From an uncultured Clostridia bacterium (lineage in GTDB: Bacteria; Bacillota; Clostridia; Oscillospirales; Oscillospiraceae): a DNA stretch of 34,754 nucleotides. The first letter of the stretch is position 1, and the number at the start of each line of letters is the position of its first letter. The notes under the pieces were generated by a model. That model searched no databases. It was given only the letters and a program-made list of their open reading frames with translations, and was not told the origin of the DNA. Shown here piece by piece: positions 14,696-23,818 of the stretch. The translations under genes were made by a program, and so were the position numbers. The stretch lies in the NCBI GenBank assembly GCA_947169005.1, contig CAMVOG010000001.1, positions 1 through 34,754 on the forward strand, written 5' to 3'.

Positions 14696-17600
14696 ATGAA
14701 GAATCATCCCATCCGGCGCGCCCTCAGCGTGGTGCTGAGTCTGGTCATCGTGCTTGCGCTGATCCCGGCGATCTCACCGACGGCCTTTGCCAATATGCAT
14801 TATCACGGCCATGAAGTCAACGGCGACAGCGTGACGCTGTACTATTCCTGCAACACCTGCGGCGCGGATTATGAGGTCGACGCGAGCCTCGAGGATTATA
14901 TCAATGACGGCTGGCTGCCGATCATCGAGGCGGACTGCACCGACATTGAGCTGAACACCGACTATTGCCAGATGTGTTTTATGGACCACGTCTGTATGGA
15001 GTGTCTGACGCCCATAGAGGAGTGCGAATCGTTCTGCTACAACTGCCACCAGTGCTGGGACTGTGAGAACGATAATCACTGCAGAAGATGCGGCCAGTGC
15101 ACCAACGAGATGTGCGAGGATTGCCTGGAGGTCGATATCCATCTCTGCGTGGACTGCCACGAGGACTACTCCAAGTGCGAGGGCTGCGGCCGCTGCCTCT
15201 ACGCGCTGATGAAAACGGAGGAGGTCTGCTTCAACGAGCAGATCCGGGATACGCATTGCACGACCTGCGACGAGCCCTGGGTCTGCATCGAATGCGGATA
15301 CTGCTTCTATCATCGCGAGGAGTGGTTCTGCTCAACCTGCGATATGTGCCTGGAATGCGCGCGAGAAGCGGGCATGCACTGCAAAAGCTGCGTCGGCTGT
15401 TTTGACAGCGAGGTGGAGCTCTGCGAGGAAAGCGGAGAGCTCTGCCTGGACTGCTGCGTCGAGGCCGGCAACCACTGCGAGATCTGCGGCGATCACGTCG
15501 ACGAGTGGTGCGAGGGCGGGAAGGACTGCCGCCACTGCGCCGACTGCGCGATGGATCAGGGCTGGATCTGTGAAAGCTGCGGCCAATGCGTCATCTGCAA
15601 CGGCCTGGAAAACTGCGAGGACTGCGGCTACTGCATGGAGTGCTGCCTGGAAAACCGGGCGGACGCCGGCTGCGAATGCCTGGAGTTCTGCCCGGAAAGC
15701 GCGGATTTTGAGAACGAGGAGCATATGTGCGCCCAGTGCATGGCGCATTTCTCCTGCGAAAATGATTTCTGCGAGTTCTGCGGCCTCTGCGAGGATTGCT
15801 GCCGGGATAACGCCGAGGCGGAGGGCTGCGTCTGCGGCCTCTGCGTGGAGGACGGTGAATTCGACCAGCACGTCTGCTCGCAGTGCGGCGAGCCCACCTG
15901 TACCCGCGGCGATTTCTGCGACGTCTGCGGCCTCTGCGCGTCCTGCTGCCTGGAAAATTCCGAGGCGGCGGGCTGCTCCTGCGGCATCTGCGTGGAGAGC
16001 GACGAGTTTGAGGACGCGTTCCACAAGTGCAGCGGCTGCGGGGCGCGCTTTTCCTGCAGCGTGGATTTCTGCGAGAGCTGCGGCCTGTGCGCATACTGCT
16101 GCAAGGACGATCCTGCCGAGGTGCAGTACCACGGCAGCAATACCGAGCCCGGCACGATCTTCCTGCAGCCCTCCGACCGGACGAGGGCCGTTTCCCGCAA
16201 TAACGTCTACGACCGCGCGGAAAACACGGTCTCCTTCCGCGTCCGGGCCTATGATCCCCTGGGCGGCCTGCGGTATCAGTGGTACTATACGGTGGACGGC
16301 GGCGAGCCGGTGAAATTAGTGAACGCCGGTCATACCATCGAAGCATACGGCGAAACGCTCGTCCTTGTGGGTGGCGCGGAGACGGATACCCTGACCGTCG
16401 CCGTTCCCTGCGACGCCTGCCACAGGGAGTACCGTTATTTCTGCGTCGTTTCGGACGGCGGCGGAACGGTGCTCTCCACCTCCGAGGGCGCGCGGCTCTA
16501 TGGCAGGCACAGCTTCGCCTGGCAGCGCCTTGACGACGAGTACCATCAGCAGATCTGCGTGGGCGAGGGCTGCGGCGAGACCGAAGGCGGCATGAAGAAG
16601 GCCCACGAGATCGGCCCCTGGAGATTCGTGAGCTATGCCACCGCCACCCAGGGCGCCAGAATGGCGCGGAGCTGCAGCGTCTGCGGCAGCGTCTGCGAGA
16701 GCACGGTCACGGAGCCCCTCGGCGCCGACCACACGGCCCACGATTACGTCTATACCCCGGTGATCGGCACGAACGCCGACGGCGATCCCGTCTCTCACGC
16801 CCACGTCAGACTCTGCCGCTGCGGCAGACAGGACGGCGGAGAAGAAGCCCACGTCTGGGGTATGTGGATCGTCACCCAGCCCGCCACGGAGAACAAAAAG
16901 GGCTCCAAATACCACGACTGCCTGCTCTGCCATTACCGGGAGACGGTAGAGATCCCGCGCCAGACCCACGAGCACCTCTGGAACCTCCACGACTATGAGG
17001 CGGAGTTCTATCGCGGCGGATACAGCAGCAAATCCCACTTCCAGTACTGCGGCGACCCGGACTGCAACGCCGTCGCCTTCGTGGAGCCCCACGTCTATTC
17101 GAGCTGGAGCTGGCAGACGGAGACCGGCACGCCCAACCTGGGCCTGAAGGACGCGACGATCAAGCGGACCTGCGAGATCTGCGGCTACGTGCAGGAAAAG
17201 ATCATCCACAAGGATTATCGCCCGCTCTGCTTCCAGAACGCCAACCTCACCGCCGTTTCCGCCGACAACCGCTGGAGCAGCAATAAGTATACCCGCAGCG
17301 TCACGGCGGCCCCGCCTCCGGGCTACTATTTTACCTACTGGGAAAACGTGGGGCAGGGCCCCATCAAGTTTGAGGAATACCATGAGGAGGTCCCCTATCT
17401 GGGCACCGTCTGGAAGACCTATACCAAGACTGACGAGACCATCGTGATCTCTCTGGATAACTTTGACGCGGACGGAAACTACCTCCCGCTGGAAACCATC
17501 TACGAGCTGCGCGCCAACGTGGAGCGCTATGACAACAACGTCATCCTGTACGATACGAATCGCAGCCCGGTCTATACCCTGACCCCGGAGGAGGATATGG

Positions 17601-20600
17601 CGGACAACGGGCTCTTCGGCGCCCCGGCCGTGAAGGACGAGGCCAGTCTCATGGGCGCGGACCACGGCGTGATCTGGTATGAGTCCCAGACGGAGGACGA
17701 ATACGGCTACCGCACCGTGACCCTGCATCTGAACGGTTATGACGGCGGCGCCATCGAGCTGGAGGACACGGGGCTGCCCTGCAATCTCCACATCATCGTG
17801 GACGGGGATTCCGATATCACCACCACCGGGCAGCAGGGCATTCTGGGCTGCCTGACGGGCGGCGACGTGACCGTTTCCTCCCCCAACGGCTCAGAGCTGC
17901 GCATCAACGTGCGCAGCGGCAAGGAGGACTGCTACGGCATCCGCACGGGCCGCGCGAGACAGTACCACAGCGACAAGCTCACCCTCTGCGGCAGCGTCAG
18001 CGTGCAGATCAACGTGACCAACACCTTCGGCAGCTCCCTGGGCGCGGCCTACGGGCTCTACTCCAACTCCTGGGTGGCGCTGGAGGAGGACGCCTCGGCG
18101 GAGATCACCGTCGGCAGCTACGCCTACGACGTGGCCTATGACGGGCAGGTGCTCGTTTCGGCGGCGGCCATCCACGCGGACAAGGAGCTGCAGCTCAACA
18201 CCACCGGGCATCTCTTTATCGACGCCTCCAACGTGGACGTTGCCAACGGGCGGAAGGGCCTGGGGATCGACGCCAAGAACACCCTGATCGACAACGTGGG
18301 CCAGATGGAGATCACCTATCCCGCAAACACCCGGAATGCCTATAATCACGCGCCGACCTATGACCCGCAGCGCTTCATATTCCTCGCCTCCGACGACGGC
18401 ATGAGGCGCTTCGTCAAAAACGGCGTCGCCGTGTCCGTTCACCCGGTCAGGCATCTGCTGGTCGAGCCGGGTTATCCCGTGCACTTCGATGTGGCTGAGG
18501 GCGGGACGCTGAACGTGGAGAGCGTTTATCAGAATGCCGCCGGGGACTATCTGGTGCGGCCCGGGGACAGCCTTGTTTTCTACACGGCCCCGGCGCCGGG
18601 ACGCTGCAACGAGACCGTGCTCGTGGACGGGAGCTTCGTCAAGCCCGGCGCCTCCGACGACGGCGTGCGGACGAAATACGTGCTGGAAGCGGTGAACGGC
18701 CCCCACACGGTGAAGGTGGGCAATGGGGTGCTCTTTGTGCCCTTCGCCTCCCAGCCGAAGCTGTCCCAGACGGACGTGTTCTTCGGCAGTGAGGCTTATC
18801 TCACCTACCGCATGAACGACGTACTGCAGGCGCTGAAGAGCCATGAACAGTTCGGCGGCAGCGCCTCGGCCGACCCGAAGTTTGCCGTACAGGGGCAGAG
18901 CGGCAGCTACAGCGGCGGCAAACCGCTCAGCGGCAGCCAGACCATCAACCGGGTATTCCTGCAATACAAAAACGAGCTCAGCGGCGAGTTTGAAAACACC
19001 GGCGTCAGCTTCACGCCCACGATCCTCGGCAGCGTCAGCTTCACCGACGAAAAGAACGCCGCGGCGCTGAAAACCGTCCGCTATCGCCTGATGGTGCTGT
19101 ATGACGGCATGGAGTACACCTCCGACGAGTTTACCGTCCACTGGACGGACGACCCTAACGACGCGCCGGAGAAGATGACCGCGGCGGTGGAGCTCTACAT
19201 AAAGAACGGCAAATTTGCAAACGGTGCGAGCTGCTATGACGGCGGCGCCTGGGTGCGGCTGGACAGTAAAACCGACGTGCTGGTTTACGACGTTTCGGGC
19301 AGCGAATGGTTCGGCCGCGCCATGTCCGGATCGGACTACGCCCGAAACAGAAAAACGGGCGACCTGATCCTCTTCGCGGAGTTCGATTACCACACCGGCG
19401 TTCTCACGCTCTTCGGCGATCATTACTACGTCGATTTTGACGGCGACGGTGAAGAGGAGTGGTACGACCTCGGCGGAGAGATCGCGGCGATCCGCGTGCC
19501 GGAGGAGGACGCCGCGGGAACGCTCGTCATCAACGTGCAGGACGACACCTGGATAGAGGGCGATTACGACGCCTTCGGCTGGGACGCCTGGAACTACGGC
19601 GACGGCAGCCTCGTCCGCGGGCAGCAGCTCTACGCCCAGACCGACCTGATCGTCAATGAAAACGGCGGCGTCCGCGTCACGTCGAAGAGCGGCGCGGTGC
19701 TCGACCTGGACCGCTGCGGCAGCATGCTCCACGAATCGGAAGCGAGGGAATACGCCGGCATCCGCGCCTCCGGTGATATCAGCATAGAGGGCGACGTGAG
19801 CGTGCAGATCGGCATCGGCCTCAACAGCCTCTCCGTCTGGTGGAACAACTACGGCGCGGACCGCTATGGCCTTGTAAGCGAGGGCGCGGTCACCGTCCGG
19901 GACACCGCTTATCTGCGGGTCCGCTTCACAGCGCCCGAGGGCAGGCACATGATCGGCGCCGCCACGGGCATCCACGCGGCGGAGATCATGCTTACGGGCG
20001 ATTCCGTGACGGAGCTGGACTGCAGCTCCGACAGCGTCCACGATAACGTTACCTGTTACGTCCTCTCCACGGAGGCTCTCAGCGTTATGGAGAGCGCCGG
20101 GCTCACGGTTACGGCGCAGGGCGATATCCCCATCCCCATCTGGGTGGATGGCGATATCCTCCTCGCCACCGACGACACCGTGACCGTAAACGCTCTGGGC
20201 AGCGGCGAGGCCACGAACTGCTTTGAGTACGCGGGCGAAATGCACATCATGGCGCCCACGGCCCTCAAGGCCGCCTACCGGGACGGCACGGAGGACGCCG
20301 GCCTCGTGTATTACCTTGAGCCCGTCCTGGACGGCGACTTCGTCATCTATCACAGAGCGGGCAGCGAAACGGAGAACGGGCTTGCCTCGGAGCAGTACTA
20401 TCCCGGCGTTCCCTACGCCGTCACAGTGAATACCGACCCCGGCGTGGACACCAACAACGAATACACCGGCTACGAGGAGAAGTACCCCTCCCACAGCGTG
20501 ACGGTAGAGCGCGGGGGCGCTGCCCTCTACACCCGGACGGGTACGCCGGAGAGCCTCGACGTCTGCGCGGGCGACCGGGTGACCTACACCGCGGCGGAGC

Positions 20601-23521
20601 CCATCACCGGTTATGCCTTCGGCGGCTGGGCGCTCACGTCGAACCTGACGCCCGAGGAGCTGGTGATCGAGGGCCGCTCGATCTCCTTCACCATGCCGGA
20701 TCGGGACGTTTCCCTCCACGCGGTCTATACCTGCGAGGCCTTCAGCGCCGAGCCGCCGCTCTTCGTCTTTACGGACAGCGACGCCACCGAGGGGCTCCTT
20801 TACTGGCGGGTCGATACCGAAATCCCGTCGGTCCAAGCCGTGGTGCTGGAATATCTCACGGAAAACGAGAACGGCGAGAGCCAATGGACCCCCCTCTACC
20901 GCTACGAGGACGGCGCCTGGCAGGGCTGGGATATGAAGGAGGACATGCAGACCTGTACGAACGGCACGACCGGCGAGCGCTACTACGCGGGGGTCTCGCG
21001 CATCGGCCGCGCCGGGGTGAGCGCGCTTCCAAGGACCGTGAACACGGACGTATCCACGACCTACCGCCTCTATTTCTGGGGCAACGTGGAATATTACAGC
21101 CAACCCTTTACCATCGACCCGAAAAACGGCGTCCACGTTCTTCTCTCGCAGGACGCCGCGTCTCCCGACCTCGTGATCCCCGCGGATTACGTCGGGACGG
21201 AATATACCGTCGATCTGTCAAGATACCTCTACGCGGATTACGGCAGCATGAGCTATTCGGTAACTCTCGGCGACCTCTTCGGCCCGCTGGACGGCGGCGT
21301 GTGCGAGGCGAGCGTATTTGAAAACGGGATGCTGCGCTTCGTCCGCAACGGTGCGCATGGGCCCATCTACGGCATAGAGGGCTCCGCCTGCGTCACCGCG
21401 ACGGACGGGAAGAGCGGCAGGTCCTTCCGCATCCCCTTCGATTTCGGCGATATCTACGACGCCGAGGTCTATCCGCTGATCGTTTCCGGCAGGAAGGTCA
21501 GCTCCCACAACAAGGACGACGTCCTTGGGGACGGCACGGTCTCCTATGACCCGGAGACCAAGACCCTTACGCTGGAAAACGCCGCGCTGGACGAGCTCTA
21601 TCCAATGCCCTCCGACGGCGGGCTGCCCGGCGCGGCCTACGCGGTCGTGGCCGCGCGGGATCTGACCGTCCGTCTGATCGGCGAGAACGTCATTTCCGCC
21701 GACGCCAGCTCCTACTGCCACGGCCGGGCCGACCACAGCTTCAACGGCCCCATCGTCGGCATCGGCAACGCGATCAACGAGGCCTGGCGGCCCTCTCTGA
21801 CGGAGGAGGACAGCTTCGCCATCACCTTTGAGGGCCCCGGCTCGCTCTCGATCCGGGTCGGCGGGGATTCCGGCGCCGCGATCCACGCCATCGGTGACGT
21901 GACCGTGAACGGCGCGGAGCTGACGCTGCGCGCCGGCTACAGCGGCCTCACTTCGGAGAACGGTTCCTTTATCATGAACGCCGGAACGGTGGATATCGAT
22001 ACCGCGCAGATGAGCTGCGTCGAGCTCTCCGGCAGCACGGCCCGCTTCACGGTGAACGGCGGCACGCTGCGGCTGAACGGCGGCACGGACAGCTATGCGG
22101 TATCCATGAGCGCCACTGACTATCAGAACGCGGAGTATTTCCAGCTCTATGACGGCGAGCTGCTCCTGCAGACCAAATCGGCAGCCTGGGACCTGAGTAG
22201 CCGCGATATGTACTACACCGATTGGATGTACAAGGCCCTGGACGCGGAGGGGAACGACGCCCACGACGCCGTGGAGGCGCCCGCCACGATCCGGACGCTG
22301 GATTATCTGAAATTCATCCGGATCTACCCCATCTGGGTCAACGGCGAGCAGTTCACCTCGGAGCATCTGACCGTTGCCTGCGGCTACGGCAGCGCCGTCT
22401 ATGAGCCGACAACGAACACGGTCGCGCTCAACAGCGCGAAGATCACCAGAGGCGTCGCCTATTGGTGGGGCGGCGAGATGGCCTCGGGCATCTATGCCCA
22501 GCAGCCTGTCAAGCTCAGTCTCTCCGGCTTCAGCACGATCGACCTGTCCTCCAGGACCTATCTGGACCGGAACGGCCGACCCTATGAGCTTCTGGATGAA
22601 GAGACGGAGAACGGCCGGAAGCTGTATGGCCTGTACGTTGACAACGTCTATGAGGCCGCGGACCCCGTCCTTGACCTTTGCGGGGCGGGAAGCCTCACGG
22701 TCAAGGGCGTGCAGACCGGCATCGAAACCAACGCCGTGCCGATCTCCGTGAACGGCCCCAGGCTGAACATTGCGGGCTGTGAGGGCGGCATCAGCGCCGA
22801 TATGACGGTGAACGCCGGCGCACTCACGATCGCGGCCTCGGCCTACGGCATTTACGGAACGTTGGATACGGCTCAGTATGGGCCTCTCTACGCCTACGGC
22901 GGCGCGACGCGGGACGAGAGCGTTCTGCTCGAGCTGGAGGAAACCGGGGCGGCGACGGATCGGGGCTGGGGCTATAGCTTCCCGTATTTCAGACTCGGCG
23001 GCTCTGAATGGAGCGTCGCCGGGGCGCAGGTAAGCGGCACGGCGGCGAGCTGGAACGACGTGGACGACGCGGTGTATCTGCTCTGCTCCTCCGCCGTTTC
23101 CGAGGCGGATATCCGGGCCGCGTGGGAAAACGGCAGCTACGCGGCGCTCCCGGGCGCCGCAGTCCCCGCGGAGAAGGGCGGGATCAGCGCCGCCGCCGTG
23201 GACGGCAGGGCGATGTACGCCCAGAACTTCTCCTTCTCCGGCGTGGCGGAGGGCGACTATAAGCTGGCCGTCTGCAAGCCGGACCATTATCCCCTGATCA
23301 CGGCGGTGACCGTTGCCGGTGATACGGCGCTGGGAACGCTGCGGCTCACGCTGCGCGGCGACGTGAACGAGGACGGACAGGCAGACCTTGCAGACGTCCG
23401 CCTGCTCTTCCACGCCGCCTCCGGCGCAGAGACGGCATCCGGCCCGGCGGCAGACGAGAACGGGGACGGCCGCGTGAACAACCGGGATGCGATTCTTCTT
23501 TTCCGCCGGATCGTATCATAA
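14696..23521 (+). CDS. Giant (2,941 aa) secreted multidomain protein: hyper-Cys CxxC region, Ig-like, His/Cys modules, beta-helix-like repeats, C-terminal dockerin
   Basis: ATG 14696 follows GGAGG (14684..14688). The signal peptide is 'MKNHPIRRALSVVLSLVIVLALIPAISPTAFA'. The frame stays open for 8.8 kb and ends in 'GDVNEDGQADLADVRLL...DENGDGRVNNRDAILLFRRI', a pair of dockerin Ca-binding repeats. Confidence 0.9.
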   Translation: MKNHPIRRALSVVLSLVIVLALIPAISPTAFANMHYHGHEVNGDSVTLYYSCNTCGADYEVDASLEDYINDGWLPIIEADCTDIELNTDYCQMCFMDHVCMECLTPIEECESFCYNCHQCWDCENDNHCRRCGQCTNEMCEDCLEVDIHLCVDCHEDYSKCEGCGRCLYALMKTEEVCFNEQIRDTHCTTCDEPWVCIECGYCFYHREEWFCSTCDMCLECAREAGMHCKSCVGCFDSEVELCEESGELCLDCCVEAGNHCEICGDHVDEWCEGGKDCRHCADCAMDQGWICESCGQCVICNGLENCEDCGYCMECCLENRADAGCECLEFCPESADFENEEHMCAQCMAHFSCENDFCEFCGLCEDCCRDNAEAEGCVCGLCVEDGEFDQHVCSQCGEPTCTRGDFCDVCGLCASCCLENSEAAGCSCGICVESDEFEDAFHKCSGCGARFSCSVDFCESCGLCAYCCKDDPAEVQYHGSNTEPGTIFLQPSDRTRAVSRNNVYDRAENTVSFRVRAYDPLGGLRYQWYYTVDGGEPVKLVNAGHTIEAYGETLVLVGGAETDTLTVAVPCDACHREYRYFCVVSDGGGTVLSTSEGARLYGRHSFAWQRLDDEYHQQICVGEGCGETEGGMKKAHEIGPWRFVSYATATQGARMARSCSVCGSVCESTVTEPLGADHTAHDYVYTPVIGTNADGDPVSHAHVRLCRCGRQDGGEEAHVWGMWIVTQPATENKKGSKYHDCLLCHYRETVEIPRQTHEHLWNLHDYEAEFYRGGYSSKSHFQYCGDPDCNAVAFVEPHVYSSWSWQTETGTPNLGLKDATIKRTCEICGYVQEKIIHKDYRPLCFQNANLTAVSADNRWSSNKYTRSVTAAPPPGYYFTYWENVGQGPIKFEEYHEEVPYLGTVWKTYTKTDETIVISLDNFDADGNYLPLETIYELRANVERYDNNVILYDTNRSPVYTLTPEEDMADNGLFGAPAVKDEASLMGADHGVIWYESQTEDEYGYRTVTLHLNGYDGGAIELEDTGLPCNLHIIVDGDSDITTTGQQGILGCLTGGDVTVSSPNGSELRINVRSGKEDCYGIRTGRARQYHSDKLTLCGSVSVQINVTNTFGSSLGAAYGLYSNSWVALEEDASAEITVGSYAYDVAYDGQVLVSAAAIHADKELQLNTTGHLFIDASNVDVANGRKGLGIDAKNTLIDNVGQMEITYPANTRNAYNHAPTYDPQRFIFLASDDGMRRFVKNGVAVSVHPVRHLLVEPGYPVHFDVAEGGTLNVESVYQNAAGDYLVRPGDSLVFYTAPAPGRCNETVLVDGSFVKPGASDDGVRTKYVLEAVNGPHTVKVGNGVLFVPFASQPKLSQTDVFFGSEAYLTYRMNDVLQALKSHEQFGGSASADPKFAVQGQSGSYSGGKPLSGSQTINRVFLQYKNELSGEFENTGVSFTPTILGSVSFTDEKNAAALKTVRYRLMVLYDGMEYTSDEFTVHWTDDPNDAPEKMTAAVELYIKNGKFANGASCYDGGAWVRLDSKTDVLVYDVSGSEWFGRAMSGSDYARNRKTGDLILFAEFDYHTGVLTLFGDHYYVDFDGDGEEEWYDLGGEIAAIRVPEEDAAGTLVINVQDDTWIEGDYDAFGWDAWNYGDGSLVRGQQLYAQTDLIVNENGGVRVTSKSGAVLDLDRCGSMLHESEAREYAGIRASGDISIEGDVSVQIGIGLNSLSVWWNNYGADRYGLVSEGAVTVRDTAYLRVRFTAPEGRHMIGAATGIHAAEIMLTGDSVTELDCSSDSVHDNVTCYVLSTEALSVMESAGLTVTAQGDIPIPIWVDGDILLATDDTVTVNALGSGEATNCFEYAGEMHIMAPTALKAAYRDGTEDAGLVYYLEPVLDGDFVIYHRAGSETENGLASEQYYPGVPYAVTVNTDPGVDTNNEYTGYEEKYPSHSVTVERGGAALYTRTGTPESLDVCAGDRVTYTAAEPITGYAFGGWALTSNLTPEELVIEGRSISFTMPDRDVSLHAVYTCEAFSAEPPLFVFTDSDATEGLLYWRVDTEIPSVQAVVLEYLTENENGESQWTPLYRYEDGAWQGWDMKEDMQTCTNGTTGERYYAGVSRIGRAGVSALPRTVNTDVSTTYRLYFWGNVEYYSQPFTIDPKNGVHVLLSQDAASPDLVIPADYVGTEYTVDLSRYLYADYGSMSYSVTLGDLFGPLDGGVCEASVFENGMLRFVRNGAHGPIYGIEGSACVTATDGKSGRSFRIPFDFGDIYDAEVYPLIVSGRKVSSHNKDDVLGDGTVSYDPETKTLTLENAALDELYPMPSDGGLPGAAYAVVAARDLTVRLIGENVISADASSYCHGRADHSFNGPIVGIGNAINEAWRPSLTEEDSFAITFEGPGSLSIRVGGDSGAAIHAIGDVTVNGAELTLRAGYSGLTSENGSFIMNAGTVDIDTAQMSCVELSGSTARFTVNGGTLRLNGGTDSYAVSMSATDYQNAEYFQLYDGELLLQTKSAAWDLSSRDMYYTDWMYKALDAEGNDAHDAVEAPATIRTLDYLKFIRIYPIWVNGEQFTSEHLTVACGYGSAVYEPTTNTVALNSAKITRGVAYWWGGEMASGIYAQQPVKLSLSGFSTIDLSSRTYLDRNGRPYELLDEETENGRKLYGLYVDNVYEAADPVLDLCGAGSLTVKGVQTGIETNAVPISVNGPRLNIAGCEGGISADMTVNAGALTIAASAYGIYGTLDTAQYGPLYAYGGATRDESVLLELEETGAATDRGWGYSFPYFRLGGSEWSVAGAQVSGTAASWNDVDDAVYLLCSSAVSEADIRAAWENGSYAALPGAAVPAEKGGISAAAVDGRAMYAQNFSFSGVAEGDYKLAVCKPDHYPLITAVTVAGDTALGTLRLTLRGDVNEDGQADLADVRLLFHAASGAETASGPAADENGDGRVNNRDAILLFRRIVS

Positions 23522-23672
23522 TGCTTATGCCTGTTTGCGGAGACTGCCCAAAGCGCACCGGACTCAATACGCGGCGCACTGTATCAAAGCATAGTTTCTT
23601 TTCCAGCATGAACGGCGTGGGCCGGTAGTCCTTCAGCTTGGGATAGTTCGCCGGTCGCTTTTCCCGCGCCAT

Positions 23673-23818
23673 TAGGCGTCACCTCCCAGCAGGGCCTCCA
23701 TCTCATCCTCGCTGTCCCTGCCAGTGGTATCCGCCACGATGCGGGAGCGGGACGCAGGCGTCAGGCCGAACTGCTCGGCAACGGTGACCGGCAGCACCTT
23801 CAGTTCAGCGGTCTTCAT
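23673..23818 (-). pseudogene. 48-codon ORF resembling the C-terminus of a P27-type small terminase subunit
   Basis: AGGAGGA precedes ATG 23818. It reads 'MKTAELKVLPVTVAEQFGLTPASRSRIVADTTGRDSEDEMEALLGGDA'. Its TAA overlaps the next ATG (TAATG at 23672), which opens a truncated ORF. Confidence 0.35.

Noticed and set aside
14481-14814. 72-aa and 99-aa ORFs in the leader and at the start of the giant gene
   Set aside because: They cross strong hairpins, lack an SD, and overlap the SD-led signal-peptide start of the giant gene.
15088-16346. Five overlapping ORFs in other frames and strands across the Cys-rich coding region
   Set aside because: The TGC/GAG/GAC-rich periodic sequence simply lacks stop codons in several frames. 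Only the giant-gene frame has a coherent repeat structure and a signal peptide upstream.
16316-23413. Minus-strand ORFs of 491, 1,081 and 731 aa inside the giant gene
   Set aside because: Together they only tile the antisense strand of one continuous 8.8-kb frame that has a signal peptide, domain repeats and a dockerin. Their translations are Arg/Gly/Ala/His/Val low-complexity sequence.
23346-23672. 108-aa minus-strand ORF treated as an intact gene
   Set aside because: Only the first ~25-45 codons lie outside the giant gene; the rest overlaps its 3' end antisense and is Arg/Pro-rich. I interpret it as the stump of a truncated phage gene.
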